From: Candidatus Altiarchaeota archaeon | Lineage (GTDB): Archaea; Altiarchaeota; Altiarchaeia; IMC4; SCGC-AAA252-I15 | Assembly (NCBI GenBank): GCA_043822165.1 | Contig: JBDRCA010000012.1 | Span: 1-41,081, forward strand | Reading direction: 5' to 3' | DNA length: 41,081 nucleotides | Shown: piece after piece, positions 1 through 9,087 of the stretch | Numbering within the stretch: position 1 is the stretch's first letter | Layout: each line of letters starts with the position of its first letter | Notes under the pieces: model-generated | Databases searched by the model: none | Told to the model about the DNA's origin: nothing | What the model saw: the letters and a program-made list of their open reading frames with translations, nothing else | Made by a program: the position numbers and the translations under genes

Positions 1-226
1 GATGCCTCTTTCTGGCGACCTCGCGCGTTGCGATAACGCTCAACCCTATGTCTATGACCACCGTGAAAAGGTAAGTGTAGGCTAATGCGAAACTGAACCT
101 GCCCCACCCTACTTTGCCGAGAACTCTCGTAGCGTAAACCACCAAAACAAAGAATATTACTTTGCGGACTATCTCCGAGGCTAACAGAAAACCGGTGTTC
201 CTCGCAATCCTTTTCGCAGTGCTCAT
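1..226 (-). CDS. Oligosaccharide/polysaccharide flippase (Wzx / MOP superfamily), N-terminal 75 codons only; gene runs off the left edge
   Basis: Absent from the ORF track (no stop in window). The reverse strand from ATG 226..224 reads MSTAKRIARNTGFLLASEIVRKVIFFVLVVYATRVLGKVGWGRFSFALAYTYLFTVVIDIGLSVIATREVARKRH. This is a typical Wzx N-terminus: two hydrophobic helices and the G..FG.YSFA....D.GL....REVA pattern. Its ATG overlaps the TAA of the upstream GT4 gene (TAATG). Confidence 0.55.
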   Translation of the reverse strand, partial: MSTAKRIARNTGFLLASEIVRKVIFFVLVVYATRVLGKVGWGRFSFALAYTYLFTVVIDIGLSVIATREVARKRH

Positions 227-1329
227 TATGCTACATCACCCCTGTGAAGCACCTTTAAATAAAAATCCTCGTTCTTCCTAATCATCTCATCAAGAGAAAA
301 AAACCGCTCTGCCCTCGCCCTCCCCTTGCGCCCCATCTCCCGCATCCGCTCAGGGTTGGAAATCATACTCTTAAGTGCATCTGAGAGCGCGTTGGCGTTG
401 GCGGGCGAAACGAGCAGTCCTGTTTCTCCCTGGACTACTGCTTCAGGTGTTCCTGAGGTATCTGTTGCGATGACTGGGAGTCCAGCGGCCATGGCCTCTA
501 ATACGACGTTTGGGAAGCCCTCCCACAAAGACGGGAGGATGAATACGTCCGATGCCTTCAAAAGCTCTGGTATGTCGCGGCGAAGACCTAAGAAGGTGAC
601 TGACTTACCGAGGCCTTTTGCTTTCGCCAGCTCTTCCAGCTTCTCCTTCAGTGGCCCTTCTCCTGCTATGAGGAACTTGGCGCCCGGGGTCATCGCGGCG
701 GCATCTATAAGGTGTTCCACTCCCTTTTGCCTGTCCAGCCTGGCAACGGTCATGCAGGCGACATCACCATTCTTTAAGCCCAGTTTCCGCCTTATACTTT
801 TCCTGTCGGCGCCAACACCGAATTTGTCCAAGTCGACGCCGTTGTGTATGACTGTAATCTTATCGCCCGGCAAGCCGACCTCATCTGTCATGAATTTTTT
901 CACGGCCTCGGAATTACAAGAAAGAGCGCTCGTCAAGGGGGCGGTGAATCTGTTCAACAATAGCCTGTATCTGCCTTCAAGGCCCATGATGCGCTCAGAG
1001 GATATGATGACTGGGACGCCTGCAAGCTTGCCCACGATTCTCCCGATAAGGTTCGCGTGGAACAAGTACGTGTGCAGGATGTCAACCCTCTTCTCCCTGA
1101 TTAGCCTGTAAAGCCTCCATATGACTGCGACGTCAAGCTTGCCCCGCATCTTCAAGGCGGTCACGTCGAATCCGTCAGCGGAAAGCTCGTCTGCGAGCAA
1201 TCCCCCGTGAGTCAGGCACGCAACAGAGACGTTAAACTTTTCCTTGTCCAAGCCCCTGACGAGGTAGGAAAGCATCCTCTCCGTCCCCCCGACTTCAAGC
1301 GTCGTGGTAAACTCTAAGACGTTAATCAT
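226..1329 (-). CDS. Glycosyltransferase family 4 (GT-B, RfaG-like)
   Basis: 367-aa ORF. C-terminal GT1/GT4 signature EGFPNVVLEAMAAGLPVIATDTSGTPEAV...GETGLLV. N-terminal GGTERM sugar-donor loop. 4-nt overlap with the upstream gene. Confidence 0.85.
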   Translation of the reverse strand: MINVLEFTTTLEVGGTERMLSYLVRGLDKEKFNVSVACLTHGGLLADELSADGFDVTALKMRGKLDVAVIWRLYRLIREKRVDILHTYLFHANLIGRIVGKLAGVPVIISSERIMGLEGRYRLLLNRFTAPLTSALSCNSEAVKKFMTDEVGLPGDKITVIHNGVDLDKFGVGADRKSIRRKLGLKNGDVACMTVARLDRQKGVEHLIDAAAMTPGAKFLIAGEGPLKEKLEELAKAKGLGKSVTFLGLRRDIPELLKASDVFILPSLWEGFPNVVLEAMAAGLPVIATDTSGTPEAVVQGETGLLVSPANANALSDALKSMISNPERMREMGRKGRARAERFFSLDEMIRKNEDFYLKVLHRGDVA

Positions 1330-3221
1330 AGGCGTATATCCTCTCCTCTAAGGTATTTCCTGCACCATAAGTCGAAGAAAAGCAGCGTCCAAATCCTGTA
1401 GCTGTTCTCAGCCCGCCCCCTCACGTGGTCGTCGAGCATTTTCTCCACGTATTTCGCGTCAAAGAACTCCCTCGTAGGAGACTGTCTGCCCAACAATTTG
1501 TCGTATGCAACATTCTTCAACTCCCTCTTAAACCACTCGCCGACTGGGACGCCGAAACCGTGCTTTCGCCTCTCAAGTATCCCCTTCGGGATAACGTCTC
1601 TCACAGACTTTTTCAGAAGATGCTTTAGCCTCAATCCCGGAAACTTAAGGCTAAGTGGAATGCTCTGAGAATACTCGACGAGCTCGTGATCCAAAAACGG
1701 AACCCTCACCTCCAAGGCATGCGCCATGCTCGCGCGGTCCACTTTCACGAGCAAGTCCTCAGGCAGATAAGTCTTTACGTCCACAAGCATGGTGTTCTCG
1801 ATGAAATTCCCGGTACTGGATTCACCGTAAAACCGTTTGATGTAGCCCGTTGAATCAAGGCCGCCCACCATCTTGCTCGTTGCTGGCGCATACAGTTGAC
1901 GCCTCCCATCCTCCTTGAACAACGTAATCCAGTCCCCGTACCTCTCCTCCTCGGGAAGGTCGACGGCGTTCGCGAAACGCTGACTCATCCTAAACAAGCT
2001 CTTGTTCGCAGTCGACGTGGGAAGCCTGTTCACGAAAAAAGCAACTCCATCCCTCACAGGCTTCGGCACCTTCTCGTACAATCCCGCTGCCCTGCAGGCG
2101 GCGTACCTGTCATATCCCGCGAAAAGCTCGTCTCCGCCATCACCTGAAAGACAAACAGTCACCTTGGTGCGCGCCATCTCCGAGACTATGTAAGTCGGAA
2201 TAGCAGACGAATCAGCGAACGGCTCGTCATAAAAATGAAGCAGCTTCGGGAGAAGCTCCACGGCATCCATGTCAACCACGAACTCGTGATGATCAGTCCC
2301 GAACTTGTCCGCAATAACCTTGGCGTGCTCAAGCTCGTTGAAGGACGACTCAGTAAAACCCACCGAAAAAGTCTTCACGTCATCCGACAACTCGCTCATA
2401 AACGCCACGATAATGCTGGAATCAACTCCGCCGGACAAAAAAGCCCCCAAAGGCACGTCGCTCATAAGCCTTCTCTCAACGGCTTTTTTAATGAGTTCTC
2501 GTATTCTCTCCAGGTGGTATGCTTCGTCTCCGTATGGTTTTTCCGGGAGTGAGACTGTCCAGTATCTCCTAGTTGAGGCTTCGCCGTCTCGCACAGTCAG
2601 CGTGTGGGCTGGTGGAAGCTTTGACATACATGTGAATATGGTGTCCGGGCTTCCCACGTAACCGTACGTCAAATAGTTGTTCAGGGACTTGAAATCTATT
2701 TTTTTCTCGACGTCCGGGTGGGCGAGAATCCCCTTGGCTTCTGAGGCGAAAAGAAATTTTTTCTCGTCTGCGAGATAGTAGAGCGGCTTTATGCCGAGTC
2801 TGTCGCGGGCCAGGAAAAGCGTCTTCTTTTTGCTGTCCCAGACGGCGAAGGCGAACATACCGTTCATCAGCTTAACGCAGTCTCCGCCGTACTCTTCATA
2901 GAGATGCAGTATGGTTTCGGTGTCAGAGTCGGTTGCGTACCTGTGGCCGAGGGATTCAAGCTTCTCCCTCAAGACAAGATGATTGTATAATTCGCCGTTG
3001 TAGGTTATCCACACGCTACCGTCCTCATTTACCATGGGCTGACGACCCCTCTCAGACAAATCAATAATAGACAAACGCCTATGACCCAAACCCACCGGCC
3101 CGTCAATCATCGTCCCGCAATCATCCGGCCCCCTGTGAGTAAGGCAATCCCTCATCTCCTCGACAGTCTTGCGCTCCGGCACCCCGCCGTCAAAATACAT
3201 TACACCGCATATCCCGCACAT
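1326..3221 (-). CDS. asnB: Asparagine synthase (glutamine-hydrolysing) family amidotransferase, embedded in a glycan operon
   Basis: 631-aa ORF starting MCGICGV (Ntn Cys2). HRGPD and RLSIIDL motifs. PP-loop SGGVDSS in the synthetase domain. Confidence 0.9.
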   Translation of the reverse strand: MCGICGVMYFDGGVPERKTVEEMRDCLTHRGPDDCGTMIDGPVGLGHRRLSIIDLSERGRQPMVNEDGSVWITYNGELYNHLVLREKLESLGHRYATDSDTETILHLYEEYGGDCVKLMNGMFAFAVWDSKKKTLFLARDRLGIKPLYYLADEKKFLFASEAKGILAHPDVEKKIDFKSLNNYLTYGYVGSPDTIFTCMSKLPPAHTLTVRDGEASTRRYWTVSLPEKPYGDEAYHLERIRELIKKAVERRLMSDVPLGAFLSGGVDSSIIVAFMSELSDDVKTFSVGFTESSFNELEHAKVIADKFGTDHHEFVVDMDAVELLPKLLHFYDEPFADSSAIPTYIVSEMARTKVTVCLSGDGGDELFAGYDRYAACRAAGLYEKVPKPVRDGVAFFVNRLPTSTANKSLFRMSQRFANAVDLPEEERYGDWITLFKEDGRRQLYAPATSKMVGGLDSTGYIKRFYGESSTGNFIENTMLVDVKTYLPEDLLVKVDRASMAHALEVRVPFLDHELVEYSQSIPLSLKFPGLRLKHLLKKSVRDVIPKGILERRKHGFGVPVGEWFKRELKNVAYDKLLGRQSPTREFFDAKYVEKMLDDHVRGRAENSYRIWTLLFFDLWCRKYLRGEDIRL

Positions 3222-3226
3222 AAAAC

Positions 3227-4384
3227 CTACAACCTCCCGTATAACCTCATGAACGATTCAACCCTATTATTCACGCTGAAATCAGCCAAAACCCTCTTCC
3301 TCGAGTTCCCGCCCATGCGAGCCCGCAATCCCTCATCAGACAACACAGTCTTAACCGCGCCCGCAATATCCCCCGCTGAGCGCGGTTTAACGAGCACTCC
3401 GTTTTCACTGGAGACGAGCTCGGGGTTGCCGCCGACGTCGGTTGCGATGATTGGGAGCCCGCAGGCCATGGCCTCAAGTATGGACCGAGACAGGCCTTCG
3501 GCAAGAGACGGCTGAACGAGGACGTCCGAGGCAAGATAAGTGTAAGGCATACTCTCGTACTTGACGTAGGGTATCGTGATGACCTTGTCCCGGGACTTAA
3601 TACCTGCCAGGCTTTTCTCGACCGCTCGTTCGTCGTATCCTCCGCCAACCAAGAGAAACGAGACATCATCCACTTCAGCCACGACCTCGTCTATCGCATC
3701 CATGAGATACGTGACCCCCTTCTCGACGAGAAACCTCCCAGTATACAAGACAAGCCTGTCCTCGGATTCAATCCCCAGCATCTCACGGGCAACGCTCTTG
3801 GAAGCAATATTCGGGGTGAAGACGTCTCCTTCAACGGCGTTTTGTATCGCGTAAACCTTGGCGTCGTCGATGCCGTACCAGTCTATGACGTCGTGGGCAA
3901 GCCTTCTCGAATCGCAGGTGACGTAATCCGCATCCCGCAAAGTCCTGGCCTCCAGCAAAGAGCACAGGTACCTGCTTGCAGGATTCAGCCTCACGTTAGC
4001 CCACGGCCCATGCATTGTCGTAACGTGTGGCACTCCGTTTTTATTCGCTGCAATCTGCGCAGGAAAAGCAGCCGGCGGATTATGCGAGTGAACAACATCG
4101 AACCCACCCTCCTTCACGACCCTTTTTAGCGCCGGCAAAACAGTGACTGCGTGAGTAATCTTGGCTGACCTGAAACCCAAATCCAAAAAATCAGTCCTGT
4201 AAACCGGGGCCTCAAAAACCTCGGCGTACTCCCCATCCTCTCTCCTAGTGACAACCGAGACGTCTACTCCCTTCTCCAAGAGGCCCCCGACAAGCTGTGC
4301 CATGCAGGCGCCCGCTCCACCATACGTGACGGATGATCCCCCACGTTTTACTGGGAAATCCGTCGCAACCATGCAGACTTTCAT
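3227..4384 (-). CDS. Glycosyltransferase family 4
   Basis: 385-aa ORF. EGLSRSILEAMACGLPIIATDVGGNPELV...NGVLV GT4 signature. N-terminal GGAGACMAQL loop. Confidence 0.85.
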   Translation of the reverse strand: MKVCMVATDFPVKRGGSSVTYGGAGACMAQLVGGLLEKGVDVSVVTRREDGEYAEVFEAPVYRTDFLDLGFRSAKITHAVTVLPALKRVVKEGGFDVVHSHNPPAAFPAQIAANKNGVPHVTTMHGPWANVRLNPASRYLCSLLEARTLRDADYVTCDSRRLAHDVIDWYGIDDAKVYAIQNAVEGDVFTPNIASKSVAREMLGIESEDRLVLYTGRFLVEKGVTYLMDAIDEVVAEVDDVSFLLVGGGYDERAVEKSLAGIKSRDKVITIPYVKYESMPYTYLASDVLVQPSLAEGLSRSILEAMACGLPIIATDVGGNPELVSSENGVLVKPRSAGDIAGAVKTVLSDEGLRARMGGNSRKRVLADFSVNNRVESFMRLYGRL

Positions 4385-5314
4385 TTAACCCTTAAGGAAC
4401 CAATCACATGTCTTGGCCAACCCATCTGCTATGCCCAAGGAAGGCTTATAACCCAAAAGCTCGCCCGCAGCCGAAATGTCTGCAAGCGAGTGCTTGACGT
4501 CCCCTTTTCTCGCATCCATGTAAGACGGCGAAACATCAACGCCGATAATATCCGCTAAAAGACGCACAAGCTCGTTGACCGTGGTGCGCTCCCCGCAGGC
4601 GACATTCACAACCTCCCCGGACGTCTTCCCAACCTTCAAGGCCGCCAGATTAGCGTCCACGACATTTTCGACGAACGTGAAATCACGACTCTGCTCCCCA
4701 TCCCCGAAAATCGTCGGCGCCTCGCCCTTGGATAATGCGGTTATGAATTTCGGCACAACCGCTGCATACTGGCTCGTTGGGTCCTGGCGCGGCCCGAAGA
4801 CGTTAAAGTATCTTAAAGACACGGTCTCCAAGTCGTAGACCTTCGAGAATACCCTGCAATAGTATTCTCCGCAAAGCTTAGAGACAGCGTAAGGAGACAG
4901 GGGATCCGGTTTCATGTCCTCCCTCTTCGGAAGCGTCGGAGTATCCCCGTAAACAGACGAGGAACTGGCATAAACAACCCTTCTTACTCCAGCATCCTTC
5001 GCAGCACGCAAAACCTTAAGCGTCCCGGTGGCGTTAGCCTCATGCGAGCGCAGAGGGTCGGCGACCGAGCGCGGGACAGACGGAATCGCGGCTTCATGGA
5101 GCATGTATTCGACGTCTTTTACTGCCTTGGCAAGCGATTTATCGTCGAGGATGCTTCCCTTGATGAACTCGATTTTATCCTCAAGAGCCGCTATGTTCTC
5201 GGCTCTGCCTGTCGCGAGGTTGTCGATGACTTTCACTTCGAAGCCATCGGAAACAAGCCTTGCCGCGATGTTTGAGCCGATAAATCCTGCGCCGCCGGTA
5301 ACTAAGACAGTCAT
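4385..5314 (-). CDS. NAD-dependent nucleotide-sugar epimerase/dehydratase (SDR; UDP-hexose/HexNAc 4-epimerase-like)
   Basis: 309-aa ORF. Rossmann motif VTGGAGFIGSN. Catalytic triad context ASSSSVYG and SPYAVSK (YxxxK). Confidence 0.85.
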   Translation of the reverse strand: MTVLVTGGAGFIGSNIAARLVSDGFEVKVIDNLATGRAENIAALEDKIEFIKGSILDDKSLAKAVKDVEYMLHEAAIPSVPRSVADPLRSHEANATGTLKVLRAAKDAGVRRVVYASSSSVYGDTPTLPKREDMKPDPLSPYAVSKLCGEYYCRVFSKVYDLETVSLRYFNVFGPRQDPTSQYAAVVPKFITALSKGEAPTIFGDGEQSRDFTFVENVVDANLAALKVGKTSGEVVNVACGERTTVNELVRLLADIIGVDVSPSYMDARKGDVKHSLADISAAGELLGYKPSLGIADGLAKTCDWFLKG

Positions 5315-5344
5315 TTTAGTAGTGTAATTATCTCGAAGAATACA

Positions 5345-6316
5345 TTAAAAGTATAATGAAACCCCTATTGCGGCAAACAACACCTCAGCGGAGACTAAAA
5401 CTACGACGAGATTCCTCTCAGTTATCCCTCCTGACAGGTACATGACGAGCCGCCCTAAACCGTAGACTTCGCCCCTTTCCGGGCAAACAAGCATTTCCCC
5501 TTCTCTCTCGCACCAAGACTGGGCATTAAAACGCGAGCGCATCTTAAGGTACAGTTCCCCGAAAAACAGGAGGATGAGTATCAGCCCGAGTTTTTCGATG
5601 TTGCCTACTATGACCGACGCCGCGACAGCCGCCCCGATCGAGAGGGTTCCAACGTCGCCCGGAAGAATCCGGGCGGGAAACCAGTTAAACCTCAAAAAAG
5701 CAACGCACGCCCCGCACATCGCAAAAGCCAGCACCGCCGCCTCCACGGAGCCGGTATGCCAGCTCACCACACCGATTGCTCCGCACATTACTGCGCCCAG
5801 GGATGCTTCGAGGCCGTTGAATCCGGCCAGCATGTTCATCGCATTAGACGCGCCTGTTATTGCAAGCGGTATGAGGATTAGGGGGAATAGGATGCCGAAG
5901 TCGACTACTCCCACCACTGGAAGATTCATGCTCGTCTCTCCAATGTTAACCGCGACTAGGGGAAGTGACGCCAGAAGCGGCAGCGCAGCCTTAACGTGCT
6001 GTTTAACGTTGAATATGTCGTCGAATATGCCCAATAAAGCCATAATCAAGACAGTGGACAAGCCTGCGAACAAGCCCGCTAAATCAAGTTGCTCACCCCA
6101 TAAACTAAAAGACGAAAACGCGACAGCAAGCAAAACCGCGAACACGAACCCCGTAATGATGCACAAGCCACCCATCTCCGCGACCTCCGGCTCCCCCGCC
6201 TTGTTCATGTCTCTCCCGCTTATATCCGCCTCGAAAAGCTTGGGGATAAGCCTGGGAGTCACCACAAAAGTCACAGCAAAAGCCGCCGCGAAAACCAACC
6301 CTAAAGCAAACATCAT
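5345..6316 (-). CDS. Polyprenyl/dolichyl-phosphate HexNAc-1-phosphate transferase (MraY/WecA/AglH-like family)
   Basis: 323-aa polytopic membrane ORF. FDDIFNVK (DD motif), NAMNMLAGFNGLE and PGDVGTLSIG motifs typical of the MraY/WecA superfamily. First gene of the minus-strand glycan operon. Confidence 0.75.
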   Translation of the reverse strand: MMFALGLVFAAAFAVTFVVTPRLIPKLFEADISGRDMNKAGEPEVAEMGGLCIITGFVFAVLLAVAFSSFSLWGEQLDLAGLFAGLSTVLIMALLGIFDDIFNVKQHVKAALPLLASLPLVAVNIGETSMNLPVVGVVDFGILFPLILIPLAITGASNAMNMLAGFNGLEASLGAVMCGAIGVVSWHTGSVEAAVLAFAMCGACVAFLRFNWFPARILPGDVGTLSIGAAVAASVIVGNIEKLGLILILLFFGELYLKMRSRFNAQSWCEREGEMLVCPERGEVYGLGRLVMYLSGGITERNLVVVLVSAEVLFAAIGVSLYF

Positions 6317-6368
6317 AAAACCTTATTTAAATTACTTTACAATATTAAATCCACGTTAAAAACAACAC

Positions 6369-6442
6369 GCGATGGTAGTGTAGCCTGGTTATCACTCGAG
6401 CTTGCCAAGCTTGCGACCCGAGTTCGAATCTCGGCCATCGCA
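6369..6442 (+). tRNA. tRNA-Gly (anticodon GCC)
   Basis: Hand-folded cloverleaf. Acceptor GCGATGG/CCATCGC, anticodon stem CGAGC/GCTTG with loop TTGCCAA, T arm CCGAG-TTCGAAT-CTCGG, discriminator A. No encoded CCA, no intron. Confidence 0.9.
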
Positions 6443-6449
6443 AACGGCT

Positions 6450-6497
6450 CGCTCCGTTTACACGCGGAGCGGATAGAGGGGCTTGAAAAAGCCCCTC
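6450..6497 (+). terminator. Two consecutive stem-loops directly after tRNA-Gly, followed by a T-rich tract
   Basis: CGCTCCG(6450-6456)/CGGAGCG(6465-6471) forms a 7-bp stem. GAGGGGCT(6476-6483)/AGCCCCTC(6490-6497) forms a perfect 8-bp stem. CTTTCTTT follows. Confidence 0.4.
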
Positions 6498-6592
6498 ATG
6501 CACTTTCTTTAATACCTGATTCTTGTCGCGTGTTTTTCTCGAATACTAGCCCTTTATTTCTTTTTTATTATGGTTTCCTATATCCTTTGGCG

Positions 6593-7507
6593 ATGAAGAC
6601 TGTTTGGAAGGTTGTTATTGTCGTCGGCATTCTCGGGGTCTTAGGCGTGTTCGGCGCTCTCTTAGGGTATCTAGCATACAAAAGCACTGATTTGGGTTTC
6701 GGTGACGCCGTCATGGTTGTTCCAGTCAAGGGTTTGATTACGTTGGATGCATGTGACGTGGGTTTGCTTTCTACTTCGAGTTGCACGACTGTAGCCGACG
6801 TCAAGGACGCCTTGGAGGCGGCTCAAGCCGACCCGTCGGTGAAGGCAATCCTGCTTGATATTAACAGTGGCGGCGGCTCGGTGGTGGCGAGCAGGGAGAT
6901 GATGCGGATTGTGAAGGCTTCTGAGAAGCCTGTTGTCTCGTGGATTGGTGAAGTCGGGGCATCCGGGGCCTATTATGTGGCGTCGGCTTCGGATTATATT
7001 GTTGCTGACGAGGACTCGATTACGGGCAGCATAGGAGTCATCATGAATGTCATGCACTACTACGGGCTCATGGAGGAGGTCGGCGTAAACGTTACCGTAA
7101 TCAAAGCGGGCAAGACGAAAGACATCGGGAGTCCCTACCGGCCGATGACCGACGAAGAGCAGAAGATAATGCAGGATATGATAGACAAGATTTACGTGGA
7201 TTTTACCTCCGACGTCGCGGAAAACAGGGGTCTTGACAAGGGTTTCGTGGAAAACATTTCAAGCGGCCAACTCTATCTCGGCTCTGAAGCAAACACGTTA
7301 GGGTTGATTGACGCCCTCGGCGGATTCGACGAGGCGTTGACAATGGCTAAAGGCTTCGGCGGAATCGAGGGAGAGCCCAGAATCATACGCCCCGAGCGCG
7401 AGGAATCATTCTGGGAGCTCATCAACAAGTTTTATGGTTTTAAATACGATGGTTTCCCTATATTTGGCTACAAAGAATACAGGTGGATTAACTTATGGGC
7501 AACATAA
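6593..7507 (+). CDS. sppA: Signal peptide peptidase SppA (S49 family, 36K type)
   Basis: The ORF track starts at GTG 6530. ATG 6593 gives MKTVWKVVIVVGILGVLGVFGALLGYLAY, a clean membrane anchor. S49 motifs: ILLDINSGGGSVVAS, GASGAYYVAS (catalytic Ser context), ITGSIGV, KAGKTKD. Confidence 0.8.
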   Translation: MKTVWKVVIVVGILGVLGVFGALLGYLAYKSTDLGFGDAVMVVPVKGLITLDACDVGLLSTSSCTTVADVKDALEAAQADPSVKAILLDINSGGGSVVASREMMRIVKASEKPVVSWIGEVGASGAYYVASASDYIVADEDSITGSIGVIMNVMHYYGLMEEVGVNVTVIKAGKTKDIGSPYRPMTDEEQKIMQDMIDKIYVDFTSDVAENRGLDKGFVENISSGQLYLGSEANTLGLIDALGGFDEALTMAKGFGGIEGEPRIIRPEREESFWELINKFYGFKYDGFPIFGYKEYRWINLWAT

Positions 7508-7704
7508 CGCAACAGTATATCGCAAGGGTCGCCGAGGAGCTTATGGAAAAGTACCCTGAAGACTTCGGCTCGGATTTTAAGGCGAACAAGGAAAAGGTTA
7601 TCGAGTATTGCACTCTAAACAGCAAAGGCACCCGCAACAAGATTGCAGGTTTCATAACCCACAGGTTGAAGCAGGATAAAAAGGAAGAGAAAGCAGCGTC
7701 TTAG
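7495..7704 (+). CDS. rps17e: 30S ribosomal protein S17e
   Basis: 69-aa ORF MGNITQQYIARVAEELMEKYPEDFGSDFKANKEKV...NKIAGFITHRL matches the archaeal S17e consensus. Overlaps the sppA 3' end by 13 nt. Confidence 0.85.
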   Translation: MGNITQQYIARVAEELMEKYPEDFGSDFKANKEKVIEYCTLNSKGTRNKIAGFITHRLKQDKKEEKAAS

Positions 7705-8486
7705 ATGCTGTAGCATTCTTCTTTTAGTCCGCATGACTCGCATTTCTTCCCTGAGCCGTGCGGGCATATCTCAGGTACTGCTCCGTTTAATATGTCTGCT
7801 ACTTTGTCTCTTACTTCCAGGACTTGGCGTCTTAGCTTCTCTGTGGCCAGAACCGGTTTTTTCTCGCAAAGCCTTGTGTATTCCACGTAACCGTAGGGTA
7901 TGTGTTTTCCGAATTCCTGTTCAGCCAACAATACGTAGCCGCAAACCTGGATTCTGTCGCCAGTCCACACTCCCTCACCCACCTTCCCGGTCTTGATCTC
8001 AACCGGAATCATCTTGCCGTCATCCTCCATGAGTTTGTCTATTTTCCCGCTCAAGCCGAGCTCGTCTGAGCGTATGATGTATTCTACTTTAACGGGCGTT
8101 ATCATCTTAATGGCTTTCTTGAGTCCTGCCTCGTCTATGAACGCCTTCAAGTGTTTCGTCAAAACCTTTATTTCACGCTTTATTTCCGGGCGAAGCTCGG
8201 AGGCGTATCTGTCATAGTCCAGGACTTCGAGTTTTTCCCTGTAAATGTGCGGCGCATCAGATAATATCAATTCAAGCTCATCAAGCAGAAACGACTCAAG
8301 CTCCCCCGCATCAGATATCTTACCCACTACTTTCGCCTGCCTCAGGGAAAGCTCTTTGCGGATGGCGTGCCCCACCAAACCCTTCTCCTTCTCAACGCTC
8401 GGCGCGGGAGTCAGTCCCGCCACGTCTTTCAAGTAAATGGTTCTGGGGCAAAACTCGTATCTGGAAAGATTGGAGACATGAATCAT
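7701..8486 (-). CDS. Cas4-like / RecB-family PD-(D/E)xK nuclease with 4-Cys cluster (stand-alone)
   Basis: 261-aa ORF. N-terminal Cys in YEFCPRTIYL plus a C-terminal cysteine-rich CPHGSGKKCESCGLKEEC tail from which the remaining three cluster ligands would come. Nuclease core G(K)ID....IPVEIKTGK and QVCGYVLL. No CRISPR array or other cas gene in the window. Confidence 0.75.
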   Translation of the reverse strand: MIHVSNLSRYEFCPRTIYLKDVAGLTPAPSVEKEKGLVGHAIRKELSLRQAKVVGKISDAGELESFLLDELELILSDAPHIYREKLEVLDYDRYASELRPEIKREIKVLTKHLKAFIDEAGLKKAIKMITPVKVEYIIRSDELGLSGKIDKLMEDDGKMIPVEIKTGKVGEGVWTGDRIQVCGYVLLAEQEFGKHIPYGYVEYTRLCEKKPVLATEKLRRQVLEVRDKVADILNGAVPEICPHGSGKKCESCGLKEECYSI

Positions 8487-8854
8487 TTCAAGGATTTAAT
8501 CGAGTCGTCATCCTCGACGACCAACTCGAGTTTTCCGTCGTAGACGTTAACGCTCCCCACGACGTCGACTCCAAGACCATTAAGGCTTGAGGCATTGACG
8601 GCCTGAGACACGTCGTAAGGCAGATAAACGCTTATGCTGTGGTCTCCCTCAGAAACCGTCAACACTGCGGAGCCCCCATTGAACACGTGGACGTCGCCTA
8701 CAATCCCCTGGATGTGGACGGTTTTGCCGACGTCAGATTGCGATATAACCGAAACTTCAGACAGCGGTGGAACAACACCCTCCAAGAAAAAAGTCAAGAT
8801 AACCAATCCGACGATTGACGTCGCAAGCGCAAGAAAGGTTATCTTTTCGCTCAT
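8483..8854 (-). CDS. Membrane-anchored OB-fold-like protein (function unknown)
   Basis: Preferred start is [24 protein letters not shown] (ATG 8854), which overlaps the L40e stop by 4 nt. The longer track ORF to 8920 would overlap L40e coding. After the TM helix comes a beta-rich segment, [25 protein letters not shown]...[14 protein letters not shown], resembling OB-fold (tRNA_anti-like) domains. Confidence 0.5.
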   Translation of the reverse strand: MSEKITFLALATSIVGLVILTFFLEGVVPPLSEVSVISQSDVGKTVHIQGIVGDVHVFNGGSAVLTVSEGDHSISVYLPYDVSQAVNASSLNGLGVDVVGSVNVYDGKLELVVEDDDSIKSLK

Positions 8855-9006
8855 CCTGCTGCAGCCGAGCGTTTCTTCCTCTTTCTCCTGATAGTGAAGG
8901 TTTTGCCGCATTTCCTGCATTTCGTCGCTTTCGCCGGGTTCTTGGCGTTGCAGTTCATGCAGACTCCCTTGAATATGCGTTTCTCTGCTTCTGGAAAACG
9001 TGCCAT
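8851..9006 (-). CDS. rpl40e: 50S ribosomal protein L40e
   Basis: Internal start ATG 9006 gives [51 protein letters not shown] (51 aa). This is the L40e CxxC...CxxC zinc ribbon. The upstream part of track ORF 8851..9144 looks non-coding. Confidence 0.85.
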   Translation of the reverse strand: MARFPEAEKRIFKGVCMNCNAKNPAKATKCRKCGKTFTIRRKRKKRSAAAG

Positions 9007-9087
9007 ATTTTTTTTTGTCCTCGAATTAGGGAATGTATTAGGTGGTTGGTTTTTAAATACAAAAATACATGATAATCTAAGGGTGGG

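Noticed and set aside
326-1111. 261-aa + strand ORF antisense to the GT4 gene. Similar long antisense ORFs occur at 5574..6359, 12586..13047, 19161..20156 and 23091..23714.
   Set aside because: Each lies entirely inside a gene with strong family motifs on the other strand. Their translations are Ser/Pro/Arg/Ala-rich, low-complexity and motif-free, as expected for shadow ORFs in roughly 50% GC coding DNA.
7701-8486. Cas4-like gene as an indicator of a CRISPR-Cas locus.
   Set aside because: No direct-repeat/spacer array and no other cas genes anywhere in the 41 kb. Treated as a stand-alone RecB/Cas4-family nuclease.
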